64,000 nucleotides of DNA from Minisyncoccota bacterium (GCA_016927565.1 JAFGMK010000008.1:1115-65114), one strand, 5' to 3'. Shown: positions 45,187 through 55,354, numbered from the stretch's first letter. Numbers and translations are program-made. Notes: generated by a model not told the origin, from the letters alone.

Positions 45187-46305
45187 GTGAAAAAGGCATT
45201 TTACCTGATCTTATTGTTGTCGGTGACTTTTTTTTCTTTGAATGTTTTCGCTTTTGCCCAGACAGAAACAGCCGATGAACTGTCCCGAGAAGAAACATTT
45301 GAAGCAAGCATAGAGAAAATACTGGAGGAAAAACAAATAAAGTTGCCGGGCTCGGAAGGTTTTCAGCTTTATCAGAAATTGGAGCTTCTGGTTACCAGAG
45401 GTTCATTTAAAGGCCAAAAAATCACGGTCGAAAACGGGGATTTGCCGATGGCCAATCTTGTTAAATACAAAATCGGCGATCGGGTTATGGTCAGTTCCAG
45501 CCGGGATTTTGAAGGCCGCCGCATTTTTTATATTACCGACTTTATCAGACGAAACGTCCTGCTCTGGTTGTTTCTGGTTTTTGTGATCATGGCAGTGGTA
45601 ATTGGCCGGTGGCAGGGGGTGACTTCTCTGGCGGGAATGGCGATTTCTTTTTTGATTATCTTCAAGTTCATTCTGCCTAGAATTTATGCCGGAAGCGATC
45701 CGGTTTTGATTGCTGTTTTGGGTTCGCTGGTGATAATTCCGGCTACTTTTCTTTTATCTCACGGGATAAATAGGAAAACCGGGATTGCCGTTACGGGAAC
45801 GATTATCTCTCTGGTCATTACCGGTGTTTTGGCCGGTTTTTTTGTTAATGCTTCCCGCTTGACCGGCTTTGCCTCCGAGGAAGCTGGTTTTCTTCAAGCT
45901 TACAAACCGGGAGTAATTAACATTAAGGGTCTTCTTTTGGCAGGAATTATTATCGGTGTTTTGGGTGTTTTGGACGATATCACTATTTCCCAATCAGCCA
46001 TTGTTCAGCAGTTGAATATCGCCAATCCGAAACTTAAGCCGGGAGAGCTTTATCAAAGAGCTATGAAGGTTGGTCGGGATCATATTGCCTCAATGGTTAA
46101 TACTTTGATCTTAGTTTATACCGGAGCGGCTTTGCCCCTGCTGCTTCTTTTCCTTGACAGTTCTCACTCCTTTTCAGAAGTAGTTAATTATGAAATAATT
46201 GCTGACGAGGTGGTCAGGACTTTAGTTGGCAGTATCGGTCTGGTTCTGGCTGTTCCGATAACGACCTTAATCGCTGTTTTTGCATTTAATCAAAAAAGGA
46301 GGTGA
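45187..46305 (+). CDS. YibE/F-like membrane protein (tentative)
   Basis: 372 aa. Signal peptide, about 110-aa extracytoplasmic domain, then about 7 TM. Confidence 0.45.
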   Translation: MKKAFYLILLLSVTFFSLNVFAFAQTETADELSREETFEASIEKILEEKQIKLPGSEGFQLYQKLELLVTRGSFKGQKITVENGDLPMANLVKYKIGDRVMVSSSRDFEGRRIFYITDFIRRNVLLWLFLVFVIMAVVIGRWQGVTSLAGMAISFLIIFKFILPRIYAGSDPVLIAVLGSLVIIPATFLLSHGINRKTGIAVTGTIISLVITGVLAGFFVNASRLTGFASEEAGFLQAYKPGVINIKGLLLAGIIIGVLGVLDDITISQSAIVQQLNIANPKLKPGELYQRAMKVGRDHIASMVNTLILVYTGAALPLLLLFLDSSHSFSEVVNYEIIADEVVRTLVGSIGLVLAVPITTLIAVFAFNQKRR

Positions 46306-46583
46306 ATTCGGTGAAGGTTTTAAAGATAGGAGCTGTTTGGTGCAATGGGTGTTTGGTGATGCGGCCTCGCTGGCAGGAGATAGAAAAGGAAAATCCCTGG
46401 TTAAAAACAGAATATTATGATTTTGATCAGGATAAAACAGTCATAAAAAAATACAGGATAGAAGGCGGAAAATTACCCGTTTTTATTTTTTTGGACAGGA
46501 GGGAAAAAGAAATGTTCAGACTTGAGGGGGAAATCGAGAAAAAGGAATTATTAAAAATAATTAGCGAAAATAAAGGTGAATAA
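46302..46583 (+). CDS. small thioredoxin-like protein
   Basis: 93 aa. 'WCNGC' CxxC redox motif in a thioredoxin-like context. Confidence 0.5.
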   Translation: MNSVKVLKIGAVWCNGCLVMRPRWQEIEKENPWLKTEYYDFDQDKTVIKKYRIEGGKLPVFIFLDRREKEMFRLEGEIEKKELLKIISENKGE

Positions 46584-46586
46584 GCA

Positions 46587-47771
46587 ATGCTGAAGAAATT
46601 GTTGGCGTCACTTGGAGGGCTGTTTTTTTTCCTCTTTTTAGCTTTACCGATACGGGCAGAAAACGGGAAAGTCAATCTTTATTTTTTCTGGGCTTACGGG
46701 TGCCCTCATTGCGCCAATGAGAAAACTTTTCTTGAATCATTGGGAAAAAAATATCCTCAACTGACAATTAATGATTATGAGGTGACCGGAAACAAAAAAA
46801 ACCTTGAGCTCCTGAAAAAGATCGGCCAAGAATTATCCGTTAATGTTTCCGGAGTTCCGTTCACGGTTATCGGCAAACAGGATTTTGCCGGTTATTACAA
46901 TGACGAAACGACGGGAAAGAAAATCGAAGAAGCGGTTGAGTGTGCCGTGAGAAACGGTTGCGAAGATTTGGTAGTTGATCTTACCACCGCAGGAGATCAA
47001 CAACCAGAGCAAAAAACTGTTCTAAAATCGGTTCGGCTGCCGATTATCGGAGAGCTGGAAATCAAAAATCTTTCACTGCCGGTTCTGACATTTGTTCTGG
47101 CTTTACTGGATGGTTTCAATCCCTGCGCGATGTGGATACTCCTTTTTTTGATTAGTTTGCTTTTGGGAATGAAAGATCGGAAAAGAATGTGGATTTTGGG
47201 AACTGCTTTTATTGTTGCTTCGGCTTTGGCCTACTTTCTATTTTTAACGGCCTGGCTAAACCTGTTTTTGTTCCTGGGTTATGTTTTTTATGTAAGACTG
47301 GGAATCGGATTACTGGCCTTAGCCGCCGGAGGATATTACTTAAGAGATTACCAGGTTAATAAAAAAGGTGGCTGCAAGGTTATGGGAGATAAAAAAAGAC
47401 AAAGGGTTTTTGAAAAACTCAGGAACATCGCTCAAAAAAAGCAATTTCTGACTGCTCTGGGAGGAATGATTCTTCTGGCTTTTGCCGTTAATTTAATCGA
47501 ATTGATCTGTTCTGCCGGTTTGCCCACAATCTATACCAAAGTTTTGAGCTTGGCCAAATTGCCGGCCTGGCGATATTACTTATATCTTGTTTTTTATATC
47601 ATAATTTTTATGCTGGATGATTTATTTGTTTTTTTTACGGCAATGACTACGCTTCGGGCGGTTGGAGTCCAAAGCAAATATTCGCGCTTTTCTCATCTTA
47701 TTGGCGGAATTTTAATGCTGATCATCGGCGCGCTTCTGCTTTTTAAACCCGAATGGTTAATGTTCGGATAA
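46587..47771 (+). CDS. thiol:disulfide interchange protein: thioredoxin-like domain fused to CcdA/DsbD-type membrane domain
   Basis: 394 aa. 'YGCPHC' CxxC in the N-terminal domain. 'LDGFNPCAMW' DsbD/CcdA transmembrane cysteine motif. Confidence 0.6.
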   Translation: MLKKLLASLGGLFFFLFLALPIRAENGKVNLYFFWAYGCPHCANEKTFLESLGKKYPQLTINDYEVTGNKKNLELLKKIGQELSVNVSGVPFTVIGKQDFAGYYNDETTGKKIEEAVECAVRNGCEDLVVDLTTAGDQQPEQKTVLKSVRLPIIGELEIKNLSLPVLTFVLALLDGFNPCAMWILLFLISLLLGMKDRKRMWILGTAFIVASALAYFLFLTAWLNLFLFLGYVFYVRLGIGLLALAAGGYYLRDYQVNKKGGCKVMGDKKRQRVFEKLRNIAQKKQFLTALGGMILLAFAVNLIELICSAGLPTIYTKVLSLAKLPAWRYYLYLVFYIIIFMLDDLFVFFTAMTTLRAVGVQSKYSRFSHLIGGILMLIIGALLLFKPEWLMFG

Positions 47772-47772
47772 A

Positions 47773-48237
47773 ATGAGAATGACCGAAGACATAAATTACC
47801 AGCTTCTTCCGCCGGCTTATTTTCAAATTTGCCTTTTATTTGAGATAGTTTTGCATTTTCTTTTTCCGGTTGTCAGGATTATCGGTAAGTCTTTAAATTA
47901 TTTTGGATTTTTATTAATTCTCCTCGGTCTCGGTTTAAACATTTGGACGGACATTTTATTTAAGAAAAGAAAAACGACTGTCAAACCCTTTGAAAAACCT
48001 TCTGTTTTAATTACTCATGGGCCTTTTTTTATCAGCCGTCATCCGATGTATTTGGGTTTTGTTTTGATCCTCTTGGGATTGGCGATAGTTTTAGGCAGTT
48101 TAATTTCTTTCATCGGGCCGGTTGCGATGTTTTTTATTTTGGCAAAATTATTCATCTCCAAGGAAGAAAAGTCTTTGGAAAAAATCTTTGGAAAGCAATA
48201 TCGGGAATATAAAAGCCGAGTCAGGCGCTGGTTTTAG
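47773..48237 (+). CDS. isoprenylcysteine carboxyl methyltransferase (ICMT/PEMT)-family membrane protein
   Basis: 154 aa. 'ITHGPFFISRHPMYLG' motif. Confidence 0.6.
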   Translation: MRMTEDINYQLLPPAYFQICLLFEIVLHFLFPVVRIIGKSLNYFGFLLILLGLGLNIWTDILFKKRKTTVKPFEKPSVLITHGPFFISRHPMYLGFVLILLGLAIVLGSLISFIGPVAMFFILAKLFISKEEKSLEKIFGKQYREYKSRVRRWF

Positions 48238-48412
48238 CAACAAAAAAACTCTGGTGTTCAGCTTTGAGGCTTTCCCCTGATGGCCGATTTAGAAGTACCC
48301 CCCCTCTTTTTTTTATTAAGAAGGAAAGCCGGCGATGTTTTTAAGAACGCCAAGCTCTATTCTTGAATCTTTAGCTGGGGCTTGTTTTATCACCATTCAG
48401 GCCGAAAAAAAT

Positions 48413-49162
48413 TTAAGCTTCGATTTTGGAGAAAAGATAACTGCTGACGAGAAGCAGAATAAAAGAGATGGCAATTAAAACCAGGATGTCTGTTGCCAGT
48501 CCCAACCGGCTTGTTCCGGTCAGAACCTGCCGTAAGCCATCAATCCCGTAGGTCAAGGGATTGACTCGGGAAATTGATTTGAGGACAGGAGGAGCGCTTT
48601 CCAGGGGAAAGATTGCCCCGGAAAGAAAATAAGTCGGCATTACCAGGAAATTCATAATTAGCTGGAAACCATGAAAATCTTTCATTAGTGAGGCGATAGC
48701 TGTTCCCAGAGCGGTGTAAACCAGAGCAATTAGAAACATTAATCCCGGTGCTGAGACTGAAAGAAGGCTGATTTCGGGCCGAAAACCCAAAGGCAGGGTT
48801 AAGCAGAAAACAAGCACTCCCTGAAAAGTGGCAATCGTAGCTCCGCCTAAAACCCGCCCTAAGACGATTTCCAATCTGGAAATGGGAGCGACCAGGGTTT
48901 CTTTTAAAAAACCGAATTGACGGTCCCAAATTAACTCAACACCGTTAAAAATGGCCATAAATAAAATTGTCTGGCCCATTACCCCCGGAGCCAGGAAGTT
49001 AAGATAATTTCCCTGACCGGCTCTTTCAAAAACCGGTCCCAGACCAAATCCCAGGGCAATCAAAAATAAAAGCGGCTGACCGATTGAGCCGATAATTCTT
49101 GACTTTGAACGCCAATATCTTTTGATCTGGCGCAACCACATGATGTAAATCGTGTTAAACAT
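48413..49162 (-). CDS. ABC-2 type exporter permease
   Basis: 249 aa, 6 TM, with typical ABC-2 layout. Confidence 0.65.
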   Translation of the reverse strand: MFNTIYIMWLRQIKRYWRSKSRIIGSIGQPLLFLIALGFGLGPVFERAGQGNYLNFLAPGVMGQTILFMAIFNGVELIWDRQFGFLKETLVAPISRLEIVLGRVLGGATIATFQGVLVFCLTLPLGFRPEISLLSVSAPGLMFLIALVYTALGTAIASLMKDFHGFQLIMNFLVMPTYFLSGAIFPLESAPPVLKSISRVNPLTYGIDGLRQVLTGTSRLGLATDILVLIAISFILLLVSSYLFSKIEA

Positions 49163-49163
49163 T

Positions 49164-49970
49164 TTATCTTTTTCTCATCCGGTTCATTCTCATTCTCATT
49201 TTTTCCAAACTGCCGGCGTTTTCTTCTCTGATATCTTTTCCCGTAATTGCTAAATAAGCCGCCTCCAGCGATTCTGTTTTCGTTTCTCTTTTCAACCGGT
49301 CAACAGTTCCCAGAGCGACAATTTTTCCTTTGTCAATAATGGCTATCCGGTTAGCCATTTTTTCTGCTTCTTCTAAATAATGAGTGGTAAAAAAAATGGT
49401 TGTTTGGTATTTCTGATTTAATTGGTGAATATGTTCCCAAATTTTGTTCCTGGTTTGGGTGTCCAAGCCTAAGGTCGGTTCGTCCAGAAAAAAAATTTTC
49501 GGATGATGAAGTAAACCCCGGGCAATTTCCAGGCGTCTTCTCATTCCTCCGGAAAAGGTTTTTACCAGACTATTCCGGCGTTCCCAGAGATCAACAATTT
49601 CCAGAAGATTTTTGACCCTTTTCTTTCTCATTTCTTTGGGAATTTTGTAAAGGATGCCGTGAAATTCCATGTTTTCCAGGGCGGTCAGTTCTTCATCCAG
49701 ACTTGAATCTTGAAAAACAATTCCGAAAGATTTTCTGACCTGGTCTTGCTGGCTTAAGGGGTTGAATCCGTTAATCAGAATTTCTCCTTCGGTTGGTCCG
49801 AGCAGAGTAGTCAGCATTCTGATGGTCGTTGTTTTGCCGGCGCCGTTGGGACCTAAAAAAGCGGCTATTTCACCCTTTTTTATTTCAAAGGAGATATCGT
49901 CAACTGCAGTTAGGCCCTTGAATTTTTTGGTCAGATGTCTGACTTTGATAATCGGCTTGATGTGAGACAT
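49164..49970 (-). CDS. ABC transporter ATP-binding protein (ABC-2/DrrA-type)
   Basis: 268 aa. 'GPNGAGKTT', 'FSGGMRRRLEIARGL', 'FFLDEPTLGLD'. Confidence 0.8.
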   Translation of the reverse strand: MSHIKPIIKVRHLTKKFKGLTAVDDISFEIKKGEIAAFLGPNGAGKTTTIRMLTTLLGPTEGEILINGFNPLSQQDQVRKSFGIVFQDSSLDEELTALENMEFHGILYKIPKEMRKKRVKNLLEIVDLWERRNSLVKTFSGGMRRRLEIARGLLHHPKIFFLDEPTLGLDTQTRNKIWEHIHQLNQKYQTTIFFTTHYLEEAEKMANRIAIIDKGKIVALGTVDRLKRETKTESLEAAYLAITGKDIREENAGSLEKMRMRMNRMRKR

Positions 49971-50138
49971 ATTTTAAACATTATATCCTCTTTCAGATTG
50001 TTTGGGCAGAGATAGTTTTATCTTTCTCAGGCATCCTGCCTGACGGAAATGAACTCCAATCGAAAGATTAGGTTTGAAAAAAGCACTTTTCCCTGATAGA
50101 ATCACCCTAAACTTAATTAGTCGGGCGGAGGACATTTA

Positions 50139-52496
50139 GTGAAAGAGATTTTCCCTAAAAAATATGACTTCAACAAACAGGAAAAGCATTGGCTGGCTTT
50201 TTGGAAAAAAAACAAAATTTACCGGTTTGACAACCAGTCTTCTCGGCCGATCTATTCAGTTGACACTCCTCCTCCTTACGTCTCTGCCGCCCATCTTCAT
50301 GCCGGGCATATTATGAGTTATTCCCAGGCGGAGTTTGTTGTCAGATACAAACGAATGAAGGGCTTCAACATTTTTTATCCCATGGGGTTTGATGACAACG
50401 GCCTTCCTACCGAGCGGTTTGTCGAAAAGAAATATAACCTCGACAAATCAAAAATCAGCCGGAGTGATTTTATTAAGCTTTGCCTTAAAGAAACCAAAAC
50501 CGGTGCTCAAAACTATCGGGATTTGTGGACCAGCTTGGGCATTTCCGTTGATTGGACCAAAATCTACAGCACGATTAACGCCCTGTGCCAGAAAGTTTCC
50601 CAGTGGTCTTTTATTGATCTTTTCCGGAAAGGTAAGGTTTACCGGCAGGAAGAACCGGTTCTTTGGTGTCCTTTTTGTCAAAGCGCCCTGGCTCAAGCTG
50701 ATCTGGAAGACGAAACCGTTAACTCCAGTCTGAATTATATCAGTTTCTCAGTCGATAATAAAAAGTATCCCATTGCGACAACCAGACCGGAATTAATTCC
50801 GGCCTGCGTTGCAATTTTTGCCAATCCTCAAGATCAGCGCTATTTTTCTTTGAAAAACAAGAAGGCAGCAATTCCTTTGTTTGACTACTCGGTGCCGGTA
50901 TATTTCAGCCCGGAAGTTGACCCGAAGTTTGGCACTGGTCTGGTGATGGTTTGTACCTGGGGAGACTTTGAAGATATTAAAAAATTCAAGGAATTTAAAC
51001 TGCCGATCCGGGAAGTGCTTAATCAGGCGGGCGAATTTAATGACCTGGGGGGGAGATTAAAAGGTTTAGGAATTACCGCTGCCAGAAAAAAGATTCTTGA
51101 CGATCTTTTAAAAGAGAATCTTTTAGTCAGGCAGGAGAAAATAAAGCACGTCATTAACACTCATGAGAGATGCGGTACTCCGGTGGAGTTTGTTTTGGCC
51201 AAACAGTGGTTCATTAAGGTTCTTGAGTCTAAAAAAGAGCTTTTGGAAAAAGGCAAAAAACTGAATTGGTACCCCGGACACATGAGACACCGCTATGAGA
51301 GCTGGATTAAAGGTCTTAAATGGGACTGGTGTATTTCCCGGCAAAGATATTACGGTGTTCCTTTTCCGGTTTGGTATTGTCAAGATTGCGGCGAAGTCAT
51401 TCCCGCTTTGGAAAAAGACCTGCCTTTAAATCCGGCCGAAGTCAAACCGCCGGTTTCAAATTGTCCTAACTGCCGGTCGGTCAGATTTATTCCCGAGAAA
51501 GACGTGATGGACACTTGGGCGACTTCGTCCTGCAGTCCGTTTATCATTCCGGAACTGGTAAAAAACAAAAAAATCAGGGCTAAAATTTTTCCTAATTCCT
51601 TAAGACCGCAGGCCTTTGAAATTATCCGCACCTGGTTGTTTTATACGATTGTCAAGGCACATCATCATTTTAACAAACTGCCCTTTAAAGATGTCATGAT
51701 TTCCGGTCACGGTTTAGACGAGAAAGGAAAAAAAATCTCTAAAAGGCTGGGGAATTATATTAAGCCAAGCATCCTTTTAAAAGAATACGGGGCTGATGCC
51801 ATCAGATATTGGGCCACCGGCGCGACTTTGGGATCCAGCCACCGGTTTAATCTTAAAGAAGTGGAAAAAGGGAAATATTTAGTCACCAAGCTTTTTAATG
51901 CTTCAAGATTTTGTGCTAACTATCTTTCCGGATTTAAATCCCGGCCTGAAGATAATTATCGGCTGGAGCCGGAAGATGACTGGATTCTGCACGAACTGAA
52001 CCAAACTGTTAAAGAGGTGACTCTTGCCTTCGAAAAATACGAATATGCTAAGGCCAGAAATGATCTCGATAAATTATTTTGGGCGACTTTTTGCGACTAT
52101 TATCTGGAGATGATTAAACATCGGGCTGATGAAGCTTCGGTCAGATATGTTCTCTACCGTTGTCTTTTGACTATTTTAAAGCTTTACGCCCCGATCCTCC
52201 CTTTTATTACAGAAGAGATTTATCAGCGATTATTCCGGGAAAATGAAAAAAAGATCAGTTTGCACTTGGCGGATTGGCCCCGGCCGAATGAAAATTGGCA
52301 GCTCGCTCCGAAAGACCTGAAAGAAATCGGTTATTTTATCAGTGAGATTGACGGGATCAGGAAAGAAAAAGTTGCCCGGAAATTAAGATTTAAAGAACTT
52401 CTTACCGGCTATACGCCCCGAACTAAAGTCAATTTGACCCTTTTCGGCAAAAAACTTCAGGAAATGCTTGCGGTTGAATTCGGAGAGGCGGAATAA
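50139..52496 (+). CDS. valS: valine--tRNA ligase (short form)
   Basis: 785 aa, GTG start with RBS GGCGGAGGA. HIGH region 'TPPPYVSAAHLHAGH' followed by 'RYKRMKG' (ValRS-like). 'DWCISRQRYYG' and KMSKS variant 'KISKRLGN'. Shorter than canonical ValRS. Confidence 0.65.
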   Translation: MKEIFPKKYDFNKQEKHWLAFWKKNKIYRFDNQSSRPIYSVDTPPPYVSAAHLHAGHIMSYSQAEFVVRYKRMKGFNIFYPMGFDDNGLPTERFVEKKYNLDKSKISRSDFIKLCLKETKTGAQNYRDLWTSLGISVDWTKIYSTINALCQKVSQWSFIDLFRKGKVYRQEEPVLWCPFCQSALAQADLEDETVNSSLNYISFSVDNKKYPIATTRPELIPACVAIFANPQDQRYFSLKNKKAAIPLFDYSVPVYFSPEVDPKFGTGLVMVCTWGDFEDIKKFKEFKLPIREVLNQAGEFNDLGGRLKGLGITAARKKILDDLLKENLLVRQEKIKHVINTHERCGTPVEFVLAKQWFIKVLESKKELLEKGKKLNWYPGHMRHRYESWIKGLKWDWCISRQRYYGVPFPVWYCQDCGEVIPALEKDLPLNPAEVKPPVSNCPNCRSVRFIPEKDVMDTWATSSCSPFIIPELVKNKKIRAKIFPNSLRPQAFEIIRTWLFYTIVKAHHHFNKLPFKDVMISGHGLDEKGKKISKRLGNYIKPSILLKEYGADAIRYWATGATLGSSHRFNLKEVEKGKYLVTKLFNASRFCANYLSGFKSRPEDNYRLEPEDDWILHELNQTVKEVTLAFEKYEYAKARNDLDKLFWATFCDYYLEMIKHRADEASVRYVLYRCLLTILKLYAPILPFITEEIYQRLFRENEKKISLHLADWPRPNENWQLAPKDLKEIGYFISEIDGIRKEKVARKLRFKELLTGYTPRTKVNLTLFGKKLQEMLAVEFGEAE

Positions 52497-52585
52497 GCCG
52501 GTTGCGCATGATATTGCTTTTAGCCCCGGATGGATTATATTATATTAACGGAACTTGATTTAATAGTTAAAAAGAGGAGGAACAA

Positions 52586-52762
52586 ATGGAATGTAAAACC
52601 AAAAACCGCCACGGTTTTTTAACCAAACTGCTGCTTGGCGTTGGCTTGGCGGTGATCGGTGTTTTATTTTTTGACAAAGAAAAACGACAGCGGGCTAAAA
52701 ACTGGCTGGCAAAAACAAAAGAAAAAAAATCGTCAAAAAGCGGGAAAAAATCGAACGGATAA
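52586..52762 (+). CDS. small (58-aa) membrane protein
   Basis: RBS AAGAGGAGG 6 nt before the ATG. One TM helix (LLLGVGLAVIGVLFF) then a Lys-rich tail. Not in the ORF track (under 60 aa). Confidence 0.3.
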   Translation: MECKTKNRHGFLTKLLLGVGLAVIGVLFFDKEKRQRAKNWLAKTKEKKSSKSGKKSNG

Positions 52763-52768
52763 CATCTT

Positions 52769-53659
52769 TCAAGACTGCCGTTTCCGGGTTTTATTTTGGG
52801 TTGGACTTACTTCCGGTAAAGAAGAATTGTTTGGTTCCGGGTGTTCCCTCCAGTAGTTTTCAATGATTTTGACTGACTGGGGACTTATTTGTTCTTTTAT
52901 TTTTTCCCATTGGCCGGTTTCGATCGCTTTTTTAAAAACCCCGGCAATAACATTTTCATATCGGGGGGAAATTAACTTTGTCAGTTTTGGCTTGAAAAAA
53001 TATTCTTTCCGGGCAGTTTTAATCTGAGTTTTAAAAACAGGGATTATTTTGTTGTGTTCCAGATTGTGCGAGAAAAAATCAATCGTTGTTTTGACCAGAA
53101 CCAGAACAATCAGAGGTCCGATTGCCTGGCCATTGATTTTCAAAATCAGCCTGCTTCCCGCTAAAACCACCAGATGCATTGTTATAACCCTTTTATACGG
53201 GGCTGATATCAGTTGTTCGGGACTTAGGCGTTGATATTCCTTTTTTTCCAGATAATTTTGAAAATAGGACAGGCCATGAGTTAAAAATAAAAAGCCGGTA
53301 TTCAAAATGAGGATTGGATTGATTTGTAAATTATTAATTAACCGGCCAAAAAGAAAAAATCCGTGAACGAGGGTAAACATTCCGTAATGAAGAATAAAAA
53401 AGCCGACCAGCTCTTCTCTGGTTTTATTGACGGTTGTTTTGCCGAAAACCGTTTTTTGAACTCCGTTCTGATTAGGCTTTTCCGCCTTTATCATTTTCAA
53501 ACTATTGTAAAAGCCGATGACAATATTTTCGAACCAGTAAAGAAACAAAATGCTTGACAAGTCCCAATTAAAAAATAGAACGCCAAAAACCGGAATTAGA
53601 TTGGTCAGAACCAAAGCGGTGACAGAAGTCTTTGTTCCCAGTTTTATCATTAGAGGCAA
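52769..53659 (-). CDS. hypothetical polytopic membrane protein
   Basis: 296 aa. 10-nt overlap with the upstream gene. Confidence 0.45.
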   Translation of the reverse strand: MPLMIKLGTKTSVTALVLTNLIPVFGVLFFNWDLSSILFLYWFENIVIGFYNSLKMIKAEKPNQNGVQKTVFGKTTVNKTREELVGFFILHYGMFTLVHGFFLFGRLINNLQINPILILNTGFLFLTHGLSYFQNYLEKKEYQRLSPEQLISAPYKRVITMHLVVLAGSRLILKINGQAIGPLIVLVLVKTTIDFFSHNLEHNKIIPVFKTQIKTARKEYFFKPKLTKLISPRYENVIAGVFKKAIETGQWEKIKEQISPQSVKIIENYWREHPEPNNSSLPEVSPTQNKTRKRQS

Positions 53660-55227
53660 CTGGTTATCAGCTTAATGACCAGCCAGGAAAAGAACAAAAA
53701 AGAAATTGAAAAAAGAAAAACAAACCAAAGTTTTTTTTCTTTGGAAAAATTTTTGCCCGATTTGGGATTAATCAGGATCATCACGGCCGTCAGTCCCAGG
53801 AGAGAGAAGCAATTGGCCAATGCCAGCAGACCATATTTTCCGGCATTTAAAAACTTTGTTTTAAAAATCAAGGGTCCGATCAGAGCGCCAGTTGTAAACG
53901 AGATCAAAACCAGTAGAATCAAAAAGATAACTACTGGGTTTTCCGAAGCTAAAAAAGCGAAATGAGTTTTAATCGGTGTCTGCCGGCCTATCCAGAGATC
54001 ATCAGTAAAATATCTTGACGGGGCATTAATTTTAATCTTGGTGTATTTAATATAATCACTTGGTTCATAAAAATTTTTTAATTCCTCGTTAAAAAGAGGA
54101 TTTTTGGCAAAGTAATAAGCGGTGTTGGTATAAGACTTAATCTTGCTAGGGATTTCCGGCGAAACATAACCGAGCACCCGGATAGTGACCGGAATTGTTT
54201 GGCTTTCGTAGACGCTGGTCGGCAAGAGCGGGAAATAGATTTTGGCAGTGGGAAAAGTGACTAAGACTCCCCGGTGTCCGGATTGTTTGGTCTTTTTTGA
54301 AGGATAGAGCTCAATCAGGATCTCTTTATTGTCAAATATGCCGTTGGCCAATTCCTCAAAAGCTTCGTTTTGAGAACTAATTAATTCGAGGTTGTTTTTT
54401 TTGATATAGTCAAAAACCCCGGAAAAATATTTTTCCTTGATTTCCGAAACCAATTTCTGGTATTTCGGGTATTGGTTGCCAAACTGATTGCGGCCGAAGA
54501 AATTTGATCGGACGTCTTTTTTTATCTCAGCAAGGCTGATGTCGATTTCCGGTTCCTTCGGGTTAATCCAGGAAACAACAAAGGAAAATTCTTTACCGAT
54601 GTAATAATTCAACACGGGGATTGCGCCGCTTTCAATTGCCAAACCTTTTTCTTTTAAGTAATCGTAAAGTCCAACGGCAGTTTTAGCTGTAATTATTTGA
54701 GTGGTCAAACCTGCCTTATCCAGTTGTTCATGAATAATCACATCCGGTTCTGTTTCCGCTGAAAGACTGCCGAAGGGGTTATTAAGGCCCAGATCCAAAC
54801 CCCATGGGTTTAAGCTTTTGGAGGGCATTATTAAGGCATGAACCAAGGGGTAATAAACCTGAGTTTCTCTTAGGCTGTTGCCGATGTCTTTAAGATTAAT
54901 TTTAGCTTTTTCGAAGATGTCTTCACCTTTAAAATCAGGAAAATTTCTGACCACATCAATACTGGTTTTTTCCGGCTCTGCCGGAATCGGAAAAATCCAA
55001 ACGGCGGCAACATCACTTTTTTCCAGCCCGACGCCGATAATCATCTTTTCTAAACCATCTTCGTAGTTTATAAAGGCCTGCTGGCTGGTTTCGCTTAAAA
55101 AATCCCATCGGTCTAGGGGATATTTTTCTAAAATTATGCCGTCAGCCAGGGCTGTTTGGAGAAAGAAGAGTAAAAAACTAAAAATCAAAACCGGGACAAT
55201 CAGAAGATAATTAATAACTTTTTTCAT
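53650..55227 (-). CDS. hypothetical exported protein with C-terminal TM segments
   Basis: 525 aa with signal peptide 'MKKVINYLLIVPVLIFSFLLFFLQTALA'. Three hydrophobic helices at the C-terminus. Confidence 0.45.
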   Translation of the reverse strand: MKKVINYLLIVPVLIFSFLLFFLQTALADGIILEKYPLDRWDFLSETSQQAFINYEDGLEKMIIGVGLEKSDVAAVWIFPIPAEPEKTSIDVVRNFPDFKGEDIFEKAKINLKDIGNSLRETQVYYPLVHALIMPSKSLNPWGLDLGLNNPFGSLSAETEPDVIIHEQLDKAGLTTQIITAKTAVGLYDYLKEKGLAIESGAIPVLNYYIGKEFSFVVSWINPKEPEIDISLAEIKKDVRSNFFGRNQFGNQYPKYQKLVSEIKEKYFSGVFDYIKKNNLELISSQNEAFEELANGIFDNKEILIELYPSKKTKQSGHRGVLVTFPTAKIYFPLLPTSVYESQTIPVTIRVLGYVSPEIPSKIKSYTNTAYYFAKNPLFNEELKNFYEPSDYIKYTKIKINAPSRYFTDDLWIGRQTPIKTHFAFLASENPVVIFLILLVLISFTTGALIGPLIFKTKFLNAGKYGLLALANCFSLLGLTAVMILINPKSGKNFSKEKKLWFVFLFSISFLFFSWLVIKLITSCL

Positions 55228-55354
55228 TGGTAACCAAGTTTATTATACTTAGCCTGTCAATGAAGTTAAATCCTGTCTGGGAGTTTTTGTTTTGCGCATT
55301 GGCTTGACTTGCCCGATCAGTTATTTTATAAATAGTCGGGTCTGGTAAATAAAG

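Noticed and set aside
48540-48929. 129-aa minus-strand ORF in an alternate frame of the ABC-2 permease
   Set aside because: Same strand, different frame, inside a gene with convincing TM architecture. Arg/Ser-rich composition is typical of frame artefacts.
49980-50138. Possible T-box leader or regulatory hairpin (CAGGCA-TCC-TGCCTG at 50028-50042; AGGGTG-like stretch) between the ABC-2 operon and valS
   Set aside because: Too short for a T-box (about 160 nt). The AGGGTG stretch is on the wrong strand for valS and lacks the ACCGCG continuation. Kept only as a minor 6-bp inverted repeat.
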